From assembly GCA_049279675.1 (NCBI GenBank), contig JBAPOP010000007.1, positions 705 through 64,704 of the forward strand: a stretch of DNA of 64,000 bases, in the 5' to 3' direction. This document shows positions 37,950 to 47,250 of the stretch, piece after piece. Below the pieces are notes generated by a model, which saw only the letters and a program-made list of their open reading frames with translations, was not told the origin of the DNA and did no database searches. The DNA comes from Candidatus Acidiferrales bacterium. GTDB lineage: Bacteria; Acidobacteriota; Terriglobia; Acidiferrales; UBA7541. Each line of letters opens with the position of its first letter. The stretch's first letter is position 1. Both the position numbers and the translations under genes were made by a program.

Positions 37950-39059
37950 TTACGCGCCGAGCCAGCGTCCCACGGGCTGCCAGCCCTCGACGTGATCGCA
38001 GATCACTTTGATCGTCGCGGTAATCGGAATCGCAAGAATCAAACCCGCTGCGCCCCACAGCCATCCCCAAAAGAGAAACGCGATCGTCACCGCGAGCGCA
38101 TTCAAGTGAACGCGCCGGCCGACCATAGCCGGAAAAAGCAGATTCGCCGTAATAAAGTGAAGGAACGTCAGCACCGCGAAAATCCCCAGGAATGGCCCGA
38201 TCGCGTGGTATTGCTTCAGTCCGACAAGCGTCACAGGCACCCACGACATCACCACCCCGAGGTACGGCACGAGATTCAGAAGTCCCGAAACGAGTCCCGT
38301 TAGGAACGCGAATTCGAGCCCGATCGCCCAGAAGAATAGCCAGCTCAAGACAACAAGAATCACTCCCACCATGAGCGTGCCCACCACATAGCTGCGCAGT
38401 ACGTCGCTCACGTCCGCCAGCGTTTCTTTCACCTGCGTGCGCTCCGACGCAGGGAAGAGCTGCATCGTCGCATGCCACACCTGGCGCTTTGCCGCGAGCA
38501 TGAAGAAGAGAAGAAATGGAATGAACGTGAACGCGAGAAGCACGGAATAAACGGAACTCAGCCGTTCGAACACGACCGTCCGGAACGGATGCGATTCCGT
38601 GACCAGTTCAATTTTTGATCCATGATCGGCAGGCGTGATCTCCGATACGCGCGCCTCAAATCCCTCGATGCGCTTCTGAATGGCGTCGGTGAACGACCGC
38701 AAAGGCGCCCTGAATTTTGGCCAGTCGGCAAAAAATGAGTCAATGCGATCGATCAAAATCCAGCCAATCAGGCCGACCGCCGCCAGCACCACGATCACGA
38801 TCAAAAACGACCCGAGCGCGCGCGGCACATGCCAATTTTCGAGCCAGCTCACAATGGGATCGAGAAAGTACGCCAGCAAAACGGCAACAAGCAGAGTCAC
38901 GATGACGCTCGAGGCCCAGTAGCAAAATGCGATCACGATTCCGCCCGCAATAATGCGCGCGCTCGTCGAACTGGTGCGCAGCGTGGCGTTCGCAACCGAA
39001 ATAATGGGCGTCTGAGTTTCCATCTTGGCCACTAAAGATAACACACAGAAACCTGCCAC
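37950..39059 (-). CDS. AI-2E family transporter (PerM/UPF0118)
   Basis: This is a 369-aa ORF with multi-TM character and the motif ...VPYLGVVMSWVPV...FLFWGWLWGAAGLILAIPIT. Confidence 0.85.
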   Translation of the reverse strand: MAGFCVLSLVAKMETQTPIISVANATLRTSSTSARIIAGGIVIAFCYWASSVIVTLLVAVLLAYFLDPIVSWLENWHVPRALGSFLIVIVVLAAVGLIGWILIDRIDSFFADWPKFRAPLRSFTDAIQKRIEGFEARVSEITPADHGSKIELVTESHPFRTVVFERLSSVYSVLLAFTFIPFLLFFMLAAKRQVWHATMQLFPASERTQVKETLADVSDVLRSYVVGTLMVGVILVVLSWLFFWAIGLEFAFLTGLVSGLLNLVPYLGVVMSWVPVTLVGLKQYHAIGPFLGIFAVLTFLHFITANLLFPAMVGRRVHLNALAVTIAFLFWGWLWGAAGLILAIPITATIKVICDHVEGWQPVGRWLGA

Positions 39060-39164
39060 TTGGCCGCGACGAGTGAGGGCGTTGCGCTCTCAACTACGCC
39101 TTCGCCAGACGCGAAATCGCGGCTGGGGGCGGTGTGCTAGACTCGCCATTCGTATTTCTATCCT

Positions 39165-40523
39165 ATGGGAAAACAACTTTTCGGAACGGACGGCATTCGC
39201 GGTGTCCCCGGTGAGTATCCGCTCGACGACGCCACGCTCGAAGGCGTGGGCGCAGCTCTCGGCGTCTATCTCGCGTCTCACAATCCGGCCGGCGCGGCGC
39301 AGGCGCGCGTTCTCTTCGGCCGCGATACGCGCGAATCCGGGCCGCACATCGAAGAGTGCATCGCGCGAGGTCTCGCGGCGAACGCCATAGAAACTGTTTC
39401 CGCAGGAGTGCTGACAACGCCCGGCGTGGCGTGGCTCGTCCGCAACGAAGGCTTCGCGGCCGGCGTGGTCATCTCGGCATCGCACAATCCCTATCACGAC
39501 AACGGCGTAAAGCTCGTGTCTTCCTCCGGAATGAAATTTTCGGACGCGACGGAGGCTGGAATCGAGCGAGAAATCCTCGCGCAGTCTTCGCACAAGCGCG
39601 ATGCCGCCCCGCCGCGGATTCGGACGGACCCGAAGCTCGACGATGACTATCTCGCATCGCTGCGTGCCGACGTTCTCGAAGGCGCGAATTTTTCCAGCCT
39701 GAAAATCGTGCTCGATTGCGCGAACGGCGCCGCCAGCCGCCTCGCGCCGCTTCTTTTTCGTTCGCTCGGCGCGGATGTGATCGCGATCAACGATCAGCCC
39801 GATGGGAAAAATATCAACGCCGGCTGCGGCTCGCTCTATCCCGAAGGCATGCAGAAGAAAGTCATCGAGACGCACGCTTCGCTCGGCGTGGCATTTGATG
39901 GCGATGCCGACCGCGCGATTTTTTCGACCGCCGCAGGCCGCTTGGTCAATGGCGATGGCGTGATTTTCTCGATGGGCCGCTACATGCAAGCGCACGGATT
40001 GCTCAAAGGTCCCGCGATTGTCGGAACAACGATGTCAAATCTTGGTCTCGAGCGCGCGCTCGAAAAATCCGGACTCAAATTGGCGCGCACTGATGTCGGC
40101 GATCGCTACGTCCTCGAAGAAATGCAGCGCACAGGAGCGAACCTCGGCGGCGAACAATCCGGCCACATTCTTTTTCTCGATGACGCGACAACAGGCGACG
40201 GCATGTTGACCGCCGTCAAAATCGCTTCACTCGTGGCGCTGAAAGGCCCGCTTGATTCACTCGTTGCCGATCTGAAAATTTTCCCGCAAACGATCGTGAA
40301 CGTGCGCGTCCGCTCGAAGCCGCCCCTAGATACGCTGCCCGAAATTTCGACGCTTCTCGCCCAAGCCGAACGCGAATTGGGCAACTCCGGCCGAATCGTT
40401 CTGCGATATTCCGGCACCGAACCGCTCGCCCGCGTCATGGTCGAAGCCGAGCGCGACGCCGACGTCCGCCGCTGGTCCGAAGCCCTAGCCGCCGCCCTTC
40501 GCTCCTCCCTCGGCGCCAGCTAA
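39165..40523 (+). CDS. glmM: Phosphoglucosamine mutase
   Basis: This is a 452-aa ORF starting MGKQLFGTDGIRG. It has the active-site motif ISASHNPYHDNG and the motif DGDADR. Confidence 0.96.
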   Translation: MGKQLFGTDGIRGVPGEYPLDDATLEGVGAALGVYLASHNPAGAAQARVLFGRDTRESGPHIEECIARGLAANAIETVSAGVLTTPGVAWLVRNEGFAAGVVISASHNPYHDNGVKLVSSSGMKFSDATEAGIEREILAQSSHKRDAAPPRIRTDPKLDDDYLASLRADVLEGANFSSLKIVLDCANGAASRLAPLLFRSLGADVIAINDQPDGKNINAGCGSLYPEGMQKKVIETHASLGVAFDGDADRAIFSTAAGRLVNGDGVIFSMGRYMQAHGLLKGPAIVGTTMSNLGLERALEKSGLKLARTDVGDRYVLEEMQRTGANLGGEQSGHILFLDDATTGDGMLTAVKIASLVALKGPLDSLVADLKIFPQTIVNVRVRSKPPLDTLPEISTLLAQAERELGNSGRIVLRYSGTEPLARVMVEAERDADVRRWSEALAAALRSSLGAS

Positions 40524-40831
40524 GCCTGTAATCGAACTAGCAATCAATTAGGAATTTTTGACTGCGAAGATTGGCGATGGTTCTAGTTCTTCAAATACAA
40601 AAGACTGTAGAACGCGGGGTTGCTAATTGTGAGAAAGCGTATGGAGGAACGCCTTAACCCTTCGATCCAATGCGGACACTTTGCATAAGTCTCGCCGAAA
40701 CAATCATCTGGGAATCGAACCGAATACCGCACATCGTGGCATCGAGCGTGCTCGACGTATCCCGGCTGTCTCTTCTTCCCGGGGTGGGCCGGTTTCGCCG
40801 CGCCGAAGCCGGATTTCTGGGAGTTGAGCGA

Positions 40832-40862
40832 GGGGTCTCGTCCGCGGGACCCCTTCTTTTTT
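40832..40862 (+). terminator. Strong Rho-independent terminator on the plus strand
   Basis: The sequence is GGGGTCTCG-tccg-CGGGACCCC, a 9-bp stem including one G-U pair. It is followed by TTCTTTTTT. It lies 310 nt after the glmM stop and 10 nt from the stop of the convergent gene. Confidence 0.7.
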
Positions 40863-40871
40863 GCCCGCCGT

Positions 40872-41426
40872 TTATCCCTCGTCGACACGCCACAGCGGAG
40901 TGCTGCATTCGTCGCAGGCCATTTCGATTCGCTCGAGCTGTGTCCGCAGTGTGGCGACCGGCGGGAACTCATGGCTCGCCGCGATCTCCCACTGCATGGC
41001 GAGTTCGCCGTAGCGATCCGTGACGAACACTCCCAATCGAGCATCGCCCGCCGGAGCGAGCGTGTCCGTGCCGAGAAACGCATTCGCCCCGTGCCCCGAA
41101 GGATCCAAGCCAACGATCACATTGTCCGGCAGGAAATCCGTTGCGGCGCGCGAAGGAGAGCCGAGAAGCGCAACGAGAACGACAGCGCCATTTTCTTTCC
41201 ACGCCGCCGCATTCGCCGCGATCTGATGAAGATATTCCTCGCACGCCGCGCAGCCCGCGTGAAGAAACAAAATGATGAGATTTTTCTTCTGTTTGAAATC
41301 CCACGCGCGCACCGTACGGCCGTCGAGTGCGTGAAGCGTCAGAGGAGGAATGATCTCGCGCGTGCGAAGCATGCGAGCCCATTGTAGCGCCGCACCGATT
41401 TTCGTGCCGCACTTCGAAGGCGCCAT
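40872..41426 (-). CDS. Thioredoxin-fold (AhpC/TSA/TlpA-like) protein with a CxxC motif
   Basis: This is a 184-aa ORF with an alternative ATG at 41372. It contains ...KNLIILFLHAGCAACEEYL.... It lies 26 nt downstream of nrdJ on the same strand. Confidence 0.7.
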   Translation of the reverse strand: MAPSKCGTKIGAALQWARMLRTREIIPPLTLHALDGRTVRAWDFKQKKNLIILFLHAGCAACEEYLHQIAANAAAWKENGAVVLVALLGSPSRAATDFLPDNVIVGLDPSGHGANAFLGTDTLAPAGDARLGVFVTDRYGELAMQWEIAASHEFPPVATLRTQLERIEMACDECSTPLWRVDEG

Positions 41427-41452
41427 CGCACGCTATGCGATGATGTCGTTAC

Positions 41453-44245
41453 TTAGCTGCAGCCCGACGTCCCGCCGCAATTCTCGCACTTGTAGCAACT
41501 GCCGTTCGGCACCATCGGTGTACCGCACTCGGAGCAGAGCGGCCCAGTCGCCATGATCGGCCGGCCCTGAGTGGGATCCACCATCCGCGTTGACGGCGTC
41601 GAATTCGCAGTCGCAATCGCCGAGAGCGGCGCCGGAGTATCGGACGAGGCGTTCTCGCCGGGTGCTCCGTGAATTTTCAGATACGAAGTGGAAATAAATC
41701 TTCCGCCAAGATAGCGCGCGATGTAATCGAGCACGGAACTCACGATCCGGATATCTTGATTGTCCGTGAATCCCAGCGGCTCGAACGTCGTGTTCATCAG
41801 CTTGTCCACGTAAGCCTTCAGCGGAACTCCGTATTGCAAGCCGATGGAAATCGAAATCGCAATTCCGTCCATGAAACCGGAAAGCGTCGATCCTTCCTTG
41901 GCCATCTTGATGAAGATTTCGCCTGGATTGCCGTCTTCATACATGCCGGTGGTGATGTAGCCCTCATGCCCGGCGACGGAAAACTTGTGCGTGACCGCCG
42001 GACGCTCGGCCGGAAGCTTCCGGCGATTCGATTCAGGGAAAAGTTCCCGTTGATGGCGAGTGGGCTCGTCCGCAATCTGGTTTGCGGCGGTTGCCGCGGC
42101 GGCATCTTTCTTAGACAGCGCAGCCGAAAGCGGCTGCGAACGCTTTGAGTTGTCGCGGTAAATCGCCACGGCCTTCAGCCCCAACTTCCAGGACTCAATA
42201 TACGCTTCCATGATGTCTTCGACAGTCGATTCCTCCGGCATGTTGATCGTCTTGCTGATCGCGCCGGAAAGGAACGGTTGTGCGGCAGCCATCATACGCA
42301 AATGTCCGCGCCAGGCGATCGAGCGGCCGCCGCCTGAAGGCGCAAGCGAGCAATCGAAGACAAAAAGATGCTCGGGCTTCAGATGCGGCGCGCCTTCGAT
42401 CTTGGAGTTGCTGTCAATGTAATCCACGATCTGCGCGACTTCATCGCCCGTGTAGCCCAGGCGCATCAGCGCTTGCGGCACGGTGTTGTTGACGATCTTG
42501 ATCACGCCGCCGCCCACGAGGCGCTTCTGCTTCACGAGCGCCAGGTCAGGCTCGATGCCGGTTGTGTCGCAATCCATCATGAATCCGATCGTGCCGGTGG
42601 GCGCGAGGACGGAAACCTGCGAATTCTTGTAGCCGAATTTTTCACCGTGCGCGAGCGCGTTATCCCACGATTCCTGCGCCGCTCGCAGCAGCGATGGCTG
42701 AACGTTGTCCTGCTTGATCGGCCGCATCGAGTCGCGGTGCATGCGGATGACGTCGAGCATCGCGTCGCGATTGCGCGAGTAGCCCGCGAACGGCCCCATG
42801 CGCTCGGCTATCTTCGACGATTGGTAATACGCTTCGCCGGTCATCAGCGCGGTGATGGCGCCGCAAATATCGCGTCCCGCATCCGAATCGTACGGCACCG
42901 CGAGCGACATCAGCAGCGCGCCGAGATTTGCGTAGCCGATGCCCAGCGGGCGATAGTCGTGCGAATTCTTTTCAATCCTCTCGGTCGGATAGCTCGCGTT
43001 GTCCACCAGGATTTCCTGCGCGGTGATCGTGACGTCCACTGCATGGCGGAATCCGGCGACATCGAACGTGCCGTTCGGACTGAGGAATTTCTGGAGATTG
43101 AGCGAAGCGAGATTGCACGCCGTGTCGTCGAGGAACATGTACTCCGAGCAAGGATTCGACGCGTAAATTCTGTCCGTGGACTTGCACGTGTGCCAGCGAT
43201 TCACGGTCGTGTCGTATTGCATTCCCGGATCGCCGCACTGCCAGGCCGATTCAGCCATCCGGCGCAGCAATTCGCGCGCGCTGAATTTCTCTGTCGGCTT
43301 GCCGTCGTTTACGTTCTTCGTCCACCAATCGCGGTCTTCCTCGGAGGCCTGCATGAACTCGTCGGTGACCCGGACGGAGTGGTTGGCGTTCTGGAAGAAA
43401 ATTGAAGTGTAGGCTTCGCCGTCGATCGCGGGATCGTATCCCTGCTCGATCAGCACCTGCGCCTTGCGTTCTTCTTTTACTTTGGAATCGATGAATTCCG
43501 CGATGTCCGGGTGATCGACATTGAGAATTACCATTTTCGCCGCGCGTCGCGTCTTGCCGCCGCTCTTGATGACGCCCGCAAACGCATCGAAACCGCGCAT
43601 GAAACTCACGGGGCCGGACGCGATCCCCCCGCCAGAAAGCGTTTCGCGGCTGCCGCGGAGCGTTGAGAAGTTCGTGCCTGTTCCCGAGCCCCACTTGAAG
43701 AGCATGCCCTCCGTTCGCGCCAGGCCCATGATGGATTCCATGTTGTCCTGGACGGAATTGATGAAGCACGCGGAGCACTGCGGCTTGGGCTGAACGCCGA
43801 CGTTGAACCACACCGGAGAATTGAATGCCATCTTCTGTTCGACAAGAAGATGCGCCAGTTCATCGCGGAAATTGTCGCGCGATTCGCCGGATACGTAGTA
43901 GCCGCCCTGTTCGCCCCAGCGGACGATCGAATCCACCACGCGGCTGATCAATTGCCGCACCGACGTCTCACGCTCGGGTGTATTCAGTTTGCCGTGAAAA
44001 TATTTTGAGGCGACTATGTTCGTCGCAGTCTGCGACCAAGACTTGGGCACTTCGATGTTTTCCTGGCGGAAAATCGTTTGCCCTTTATCGTTTCCGATTG
44101 CAGCGGTGCGCTTCTCCCACTCGACTGCATCGAAAGGGGAAACTTTTCCGTCGGTGAACACACGGCGGAACTCCTGTCCGGTCTTGGACCATGTCTGCTG
44201 AACTTCTTCGAGTTTGTTTCCGAGAGCCATCCGAACTTCCGCCAT
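41453..44245 (-). CDS. nrdJ: Adenosylcobalamin-dependent (class II) ribonucleotide reductase with a C-terminal Cys-rich zinc-finger tail
   Basis: This is a 930-aa ORF with ...NPCSEYMFLDDTACNLASLNL... (the catalytic Cys-loop region). The C-terminal tail is CSECGTPMVPNGSCYKCENCGGTSGCS. Confidence 0.93.
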   Translation of the reverse strand: MAEVRMALGNKLEEVQQTWSKTGQEFRRVFTDGKVSPFDAVEWEKRTAAIGNDKGQTIFRQENIEVPKSWSQTATNIVASKYFHGKLNTPERETSVRQLISRVVDSIVRWGEQGGYYVSGESRDNFRDELAHLLVEQKMAFNSPVWFNVGVQPKPQCSACFINSVQDNMESIMGLARTEGMLFKWGSGTGTNFSTLRGSRETLSGGGIASGPVSFMRGFDAFAGVIKSGGKTRRAAKMVILNVDHPDIAEFIDSKVKEERKAQVLIEQGYDPAIDGEAYTSIFFQNANHSVRVTDEFMQASEEDRDWWTKNVNDGKPTEKFSARELLRRMAESAWQCGDPGMQYDTTVNRWHTCKSTDRIYASNPCSEYMFLDDTACNLASLNLQKFLSPNGTFDVAGFRHAVDVTITAQEILVDNASYPTERIEKNSHDYRPLGIGYANLGALLMSLAVPYDSDAGRDICGAITALMTGEAYYQSSKIAERMGPFAGYSRNRDAMLDVIRMHRDSMRPIKQDNVQPSLLRAAQESWDNALAHGEKFGYKNSQVSVLAPTGTIGFMMDCDTTGIEPDLALVKQKRLVGGGVIKIVNNTVPQALMRLGYTGDEVAQIVDYIDSNSKIEGAPHLKPEHLFVFDCSLAPSGGGRSIAWRGHLRMMAAAQPFLSGAISKTINMPEESTVEDIMEAYIESWKLGLKAVAIYRDNSKRSQPLSAALSKKDAAAATAANQIADEPTRHQRELFPESNRRKLPAERPAVTHKFSVAGHEGYITTGMYEDGNPGEIFIKMAKEGSTLSGFMDGIAISISIGLQYGVPLKAYVDKLMNTTFEPLGFTDNQDIRIVSSVLDYIARYLGGRFISTSYLKIHGAPGENASSDTPAPLSAIATANSTPSTRMVDPTQGRPIMATGPLCSECGTPMVPNGSCYKCENCGGTSGCS

Positions 44246-44541
44246 AAATGCCTCCGCGCAGGCAATCGAGCCGCTCAGTGAAGTTGCCGCACGGCAATGC
44301 GGGAAGTCTTTATTATAAACCCGCGGATGCCGTTCGGATAATGTCGCGGACCGTCTGGGAACGTGCCGCCGAGTTGGTCAAAAAATAGAATAGCGTAGCC
44401 AGTCCATGACACTGAATCTGTCAAGGGCGGGCTTGCTGGCGCTTCAGCCGCTCTTTATGAGATTAAACCCAGTGCGAACTTCGAATCGCGTGCGAAAAAC
44501 GATTGCGAACCGTGTCCTGATCCCCCTGAGTCTGGGACGTG

Positions 44542-44569
44542 AGTATAGGGGATGTGGAAAAGTTGTCAA
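44542..44569 (-). promoter_or_regulatory. Sigma-70-like promoter TTGACA-N16-TATACT facing nrdJ
   Basis: On the minus strand, TTGACA lies at 44569-44564 and TATACT at 44547-44542. This implies a leader of about 290 nt before the nrdJ ATG (44245). Confidence 0.45.
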
Positions 44570-44722
44570 GAGGAAATCAGATTCTAAGTACAAAATAAAG
44601 TGGTGCTAGTGTCTAAAGCGTCTACCTGTAGTGGTGCACATTCAAAATGTGTCATAGAGAAACTTTGGCGTGTTGACGTAGCGTTTTCAGTGGCCTAGCC
44701 TATTTTTAGCCGGTCAAATTTC

Positions 44723-45358
44723 ATGATGCGAAGGAAAATTTTCATAGCAAGTATGCTTTCGGCGGCGGCAATCATATTTTTTCTTGCCTCCGGCCTCGGT
44801 ACCGGAATTTCGCAGGACAAACTTTCCGTCGCTGCGCATTTGCCGGCCCAGCGAATCACTATCGATGGCGTTTCGAACTCCGGGCAAGTTACTCCGACAC
44901 TTTTTCGCGGCGCGCAACCGACGCTCGAAGGCTTCGACACGCTTTCAAAAAAAGGAATCGCAATCGTTGTTGATTTGCGCTTTGAAGGAGACCGCAACGC
45001 TGAACGGCTGGCGGTCACACATGCGGGAATGCAGTACGTCGGCATGCCGTGGAGCTGCCATTTTCCGCGCGATGCAATTACCGCGCGGTTTCTGCAGTTC
45101 GTACTGGCGAATCCCAACGAGAAAATCTTCGTTCATTGCCAGCACGGCGTCGATCGCACCGGTCTGATGATTGCGGCGTACCGGATGGCCGAGCAAGACT
45201 GGACGCCAGAGCAAGCGCAGCAAGAAATGATAGCCTACGGCTTCGACTACGTTCACCGCACGTGGTGCAGCTCCGTAAGTTCGTATGTATTCTCATTCCC
45301 GCAACATTTTTCGAGCTCACCTGAATTCGATTCGCTTCGTCCTGCCGCGCAAAAATAA
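44723..45358 (+). CDS. Exported Cys-based (CX5R) protein-tyrosine / dual-specificity phosphatase-like protein
   Basis: This is a 211-aa ORF with a signal peptide (MMRRKIFIASMLSAAAIIFFLASG). It carries the P-loop VHCQHGVDRTG. Confidence 0.75.
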   Translation: MMRRKIFIASMLSAAAIIFFLASGLGTGISQDKLSVAAHLPAQRITIDGVSNSGQVTPTLFRGAQPTLEGFDTLSKKGIAIVVDLRFEGDRNAERLAVTHAGMQYVGMPWSCHFPRDAITARFLQFVLANPNEKIFVHCQHGVDRTGLMIAAYRMAEQDWTPEQAQQEMIAYGFDYVHRTWCSSVSSYVFSFPQHFSSSPEFDSLRPAAQK

Positions 45359-45382
45359 AAAGGGCCGGGTGATTCCCGGCCC
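45351..45382 (-). terminator. Rho-independent terminator of rplS
   Basis: The minus strand reads GGGCCGGG-aatca-CCCGGCCC followed by TTTTTATTTTT. It lies 32 nt after the rplS stop and overlaps the last codons of the convergent phosphatase gene. Confidence 0.7.
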
Positions 45383-45413
45383 TTCGTCAAAAATTGAAGC
45401 GGAAACTTCGGGA

Positions 45414-45806
45414 CTATTCGGCAGCCACCGCGGCGGCAACGACCTCAGTGCGTCCCACTCGCTTGATGCGGGCAGCCTTACCCTTACGCCCGCGGAGATA
45501 ATTCAGTTTCGCGCGGCGCACGCGTCCCTGGTGCACGACGTCGATCGAACTGATCATCGGTGAATGCATGGGAAAAATGCGCTCGACGCCGATGCCGAAA
45601 GTGACGCGCCGAACGGTGAACGACGCCCCGGCAAGTTCGCCCCGCCGCTGCATGACGACGCCTTCAAACGCCTGCACGCGTTCCTTTTCCTTCTCACCTT
45701 CGCCCTCTTTCAGGATCACGTTGACTCGGATCGTGTCTCCCGGGCGGAAATTAGGGAGGTCTTTACGCAATTGCGCTTGTTGCGCTTTTGCAAGTTGTGG
45801 ATTCAT
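45414..45806 (-). CDS. rplS: 50S ribosomal protein L19
   Basis: This is a 130-aa ORF with ...[40 protein letters not shown].... Confidence 0.96.
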   Translation of the reverse strand: MNPQLAKAQQAQLRKDLPNFRPGDTIRVNVILKEGEGEKEKERVQAFEGVVMQRRGELAGASFTVRRVTFGIGVERIFPMHSPMISSIDVVHQGRVRRAKLNYLRGRKGKAARIKRVGRTEVVAAAVAAE

Positions 45807-45948
45807 GGCTTTATTTCCCGGCAGACCCGCTCAGGTGGGGCCAGCACTCTATGGACAATCAACGATTATACGCGGGTTAGGGCCGCTTTTCCACATAAAC
45901 TCAGCGATTTTGTGCCGCCCATCGCGTCTGCGGCCGCGCGTAGTTACT

Positions 45949-46410
45949 CTAGAACCATGTCTTTCGGCGATACTCGCGGTATTCGTCGCCAAATTTTTCT
46001 TCGAGGACTCGAGCCTCCGCACGCGCGCGAAATAATTGCATCACCACGATGGCGGTGAGAACTGGCAGCATGAGTTCGGGCCATCCAAAAAAGAGCAACA
46101 TTCCGACCAAGAGAATTGACGAGAATACGTAAATCGGATTGCGGATGCGCGAATAGAGCCCATGCGTTACCAGATGCCGGGCCTTCGGCTGTACCGAAAA
46201 CGAATCTCCCAGCTGGAATTGCGCCACGAACCACAGCGTCAGGCCCGAAATCATCAAGCAAATTCCTGCGATGCGTGCCGGTGTAAGCGGCCGATTGCGA
46301 AAGACCCAAACGAGAACTCCAGCCCCAACGGCGACTACAGAAACGCGGAACCAGCGGGAGATCAAGCCTGACGCGCCGGACTTGTTCGCGGAATTGCTGG
46401 GTTCAGCCAT
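45949..46410 (-). CDS. Isoprenylcysteine carboxyl methyltransferase (ICMT/PEMT) family membrane protein
   Basis: This is a 153-aa ORF with ...[19 protein letters not shown]...[22 protein letters not shown]. It overlaps the trmD stop by 8 nt. Confidence 0.75.
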   Translation of the reverse strand: MAEPSNSANKSGASGLISRWFRVSVVAVGAGVLVWVFRNRPLTPARIAGICLMISGLTLWFVAQFQLGDSFSVQPKARHLVTHGLYSRIRNPIYVFSSILLVGMLLFFGWPELMLPVLTAIVVMQLFRARAEARVLEEKFGDEYREYRRKTWF

Positions 46411-47191
46411 TGTGCCTTTTCGATTCTTCCGCGGCGGCTTCGAGAAGTTCGGGGCGATTGCGGAAAGTTTTCTCGAGCGCCTTCTGGCGGCGCCAGCGGC
46501 GAATTTCCTCGTGATTGCCGCTCATCAAAATTTCCGGCACAGCCCAATCGCGAAAAATTTGCGGGCGCGTGTAATGCGGGTAATCAAGAATTCCTCTTCC
46601 TGAAATTCGCGGCTCCGCGCTCGTAGCTTGATTTTCGATCGCGAGCGATTGTTCAGTCCCGTTCGCTTCGCTAAACGATTCATTCACCGTGGAATCTTCG
46701 TTGCCAAGCGCGCCGGGCAGAAGCCGCGTGACGGCATCGACGACCATTGCGGCGGGCAATTCGCCGCCGGAGAGAACGAAATCGCCGATGGAAATTTCGT
46801 CTGTGGCGAGATTCTCGGCCACTCGCTCGTCCACGCCTTCGTAGCGGCCACAGAGCAGCACGATGCGTTCCAGTTTTGAAAATCGCCGCGCGCATTCTTG
46901 CCGGAAGGATTTTCCAGACGCAGAGAGCAGGACCACCGCGGTGCGATGTGGCGCGTTGTTTGTTCCGAGAATGGATTCGACCGCTTCGAATAGCGGCTCG
47001 GGTTTCAGCACCATGCCTTCGCCGCCGCCGAACGGGCGATCGTCCACGGTGCGGTGCTTATCGTGCGCGAACTCGCGCAAATCGCGAACCGCAATTTCGA
47101 TCAGATTCGCCTCGCGCGCGCGACGAACGATTCCGTGATCGAGCGGACCGGCGAAGAATTCAGGAAAAATTGTGACGATGTCGAAATGCAT
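46403..47191 (-). CDS. trmD: tRNA (guanine37-N1)-methyltransferase
   Basis: This is a 262-aa ORF starting [13 protein letters not shown] and containing ...[13 protein letters not shown]...[14 protein letters not shown]. Confidence 0.96.
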   Translation of the reverse strand: MHFDIVTIFPEFFAGPLDHGIVRRAREANLIEIAVRDLREFAHDKHRTVDDRPFGGGEGMVLKPEPLFEAVESILGTNNAPHRTAVVLLSASGKSFRQECARRFSKLERIVLLCGRYEGVDERVAENLATDEISIGDFVLSGGELPAAMVVDAVTRLLPGALGNEDSTVNESFSEANGTEQSLAIENQATSAEPRISGRGILDYPHYTRPQIFRDWAVPEILMSGNHEEIRRWRRQKALEKTFRNRPELLEAAAEESKRHNG

Positions 47192-47250
47192 TGGGGAGAA
47201 GTGTAGCGCAGATTGGTGTGGCGAGACGAAGAGCCGCGACGCGCGGCAAC

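Noticed and set aside
40710-40721. GGGAATCGAACC is the reverse complement of GGTTCGATTCC. This suggested a tRNA or tmRNA T-arm on the minus strand in the glmM-downstream gap.
   Set aside because: The flanking 5-nt stems pair poorly (one C-C mismatch and a G-U pair). No acceptor stem or CCA context exists, no anticodon arm is present (the only hairpin has a tetraloop), and there is no tmRNA tag ORF or 5' GGGG start.
44246-44541. I looked for a cobalamin riboswitch in the nrdJ leader.
   Set aside because: I could not find the B12-box or the conserved GCCACTG core. B12 riboswitches normally repress B12-independent RNRs, not nrdJ.
44637-44651. CACATT-caa-AATGTG could be an NrdR box.
   Set aside because: It has odd-length symmetry (6-3-6) rather than the 16-bp even palindrome. 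It has no convincing second box about 31 bp away, and it lies about 70 nt upstream of the putative -35 instead of overlapping the promoter. It is kept only as a note inside the leader finding.
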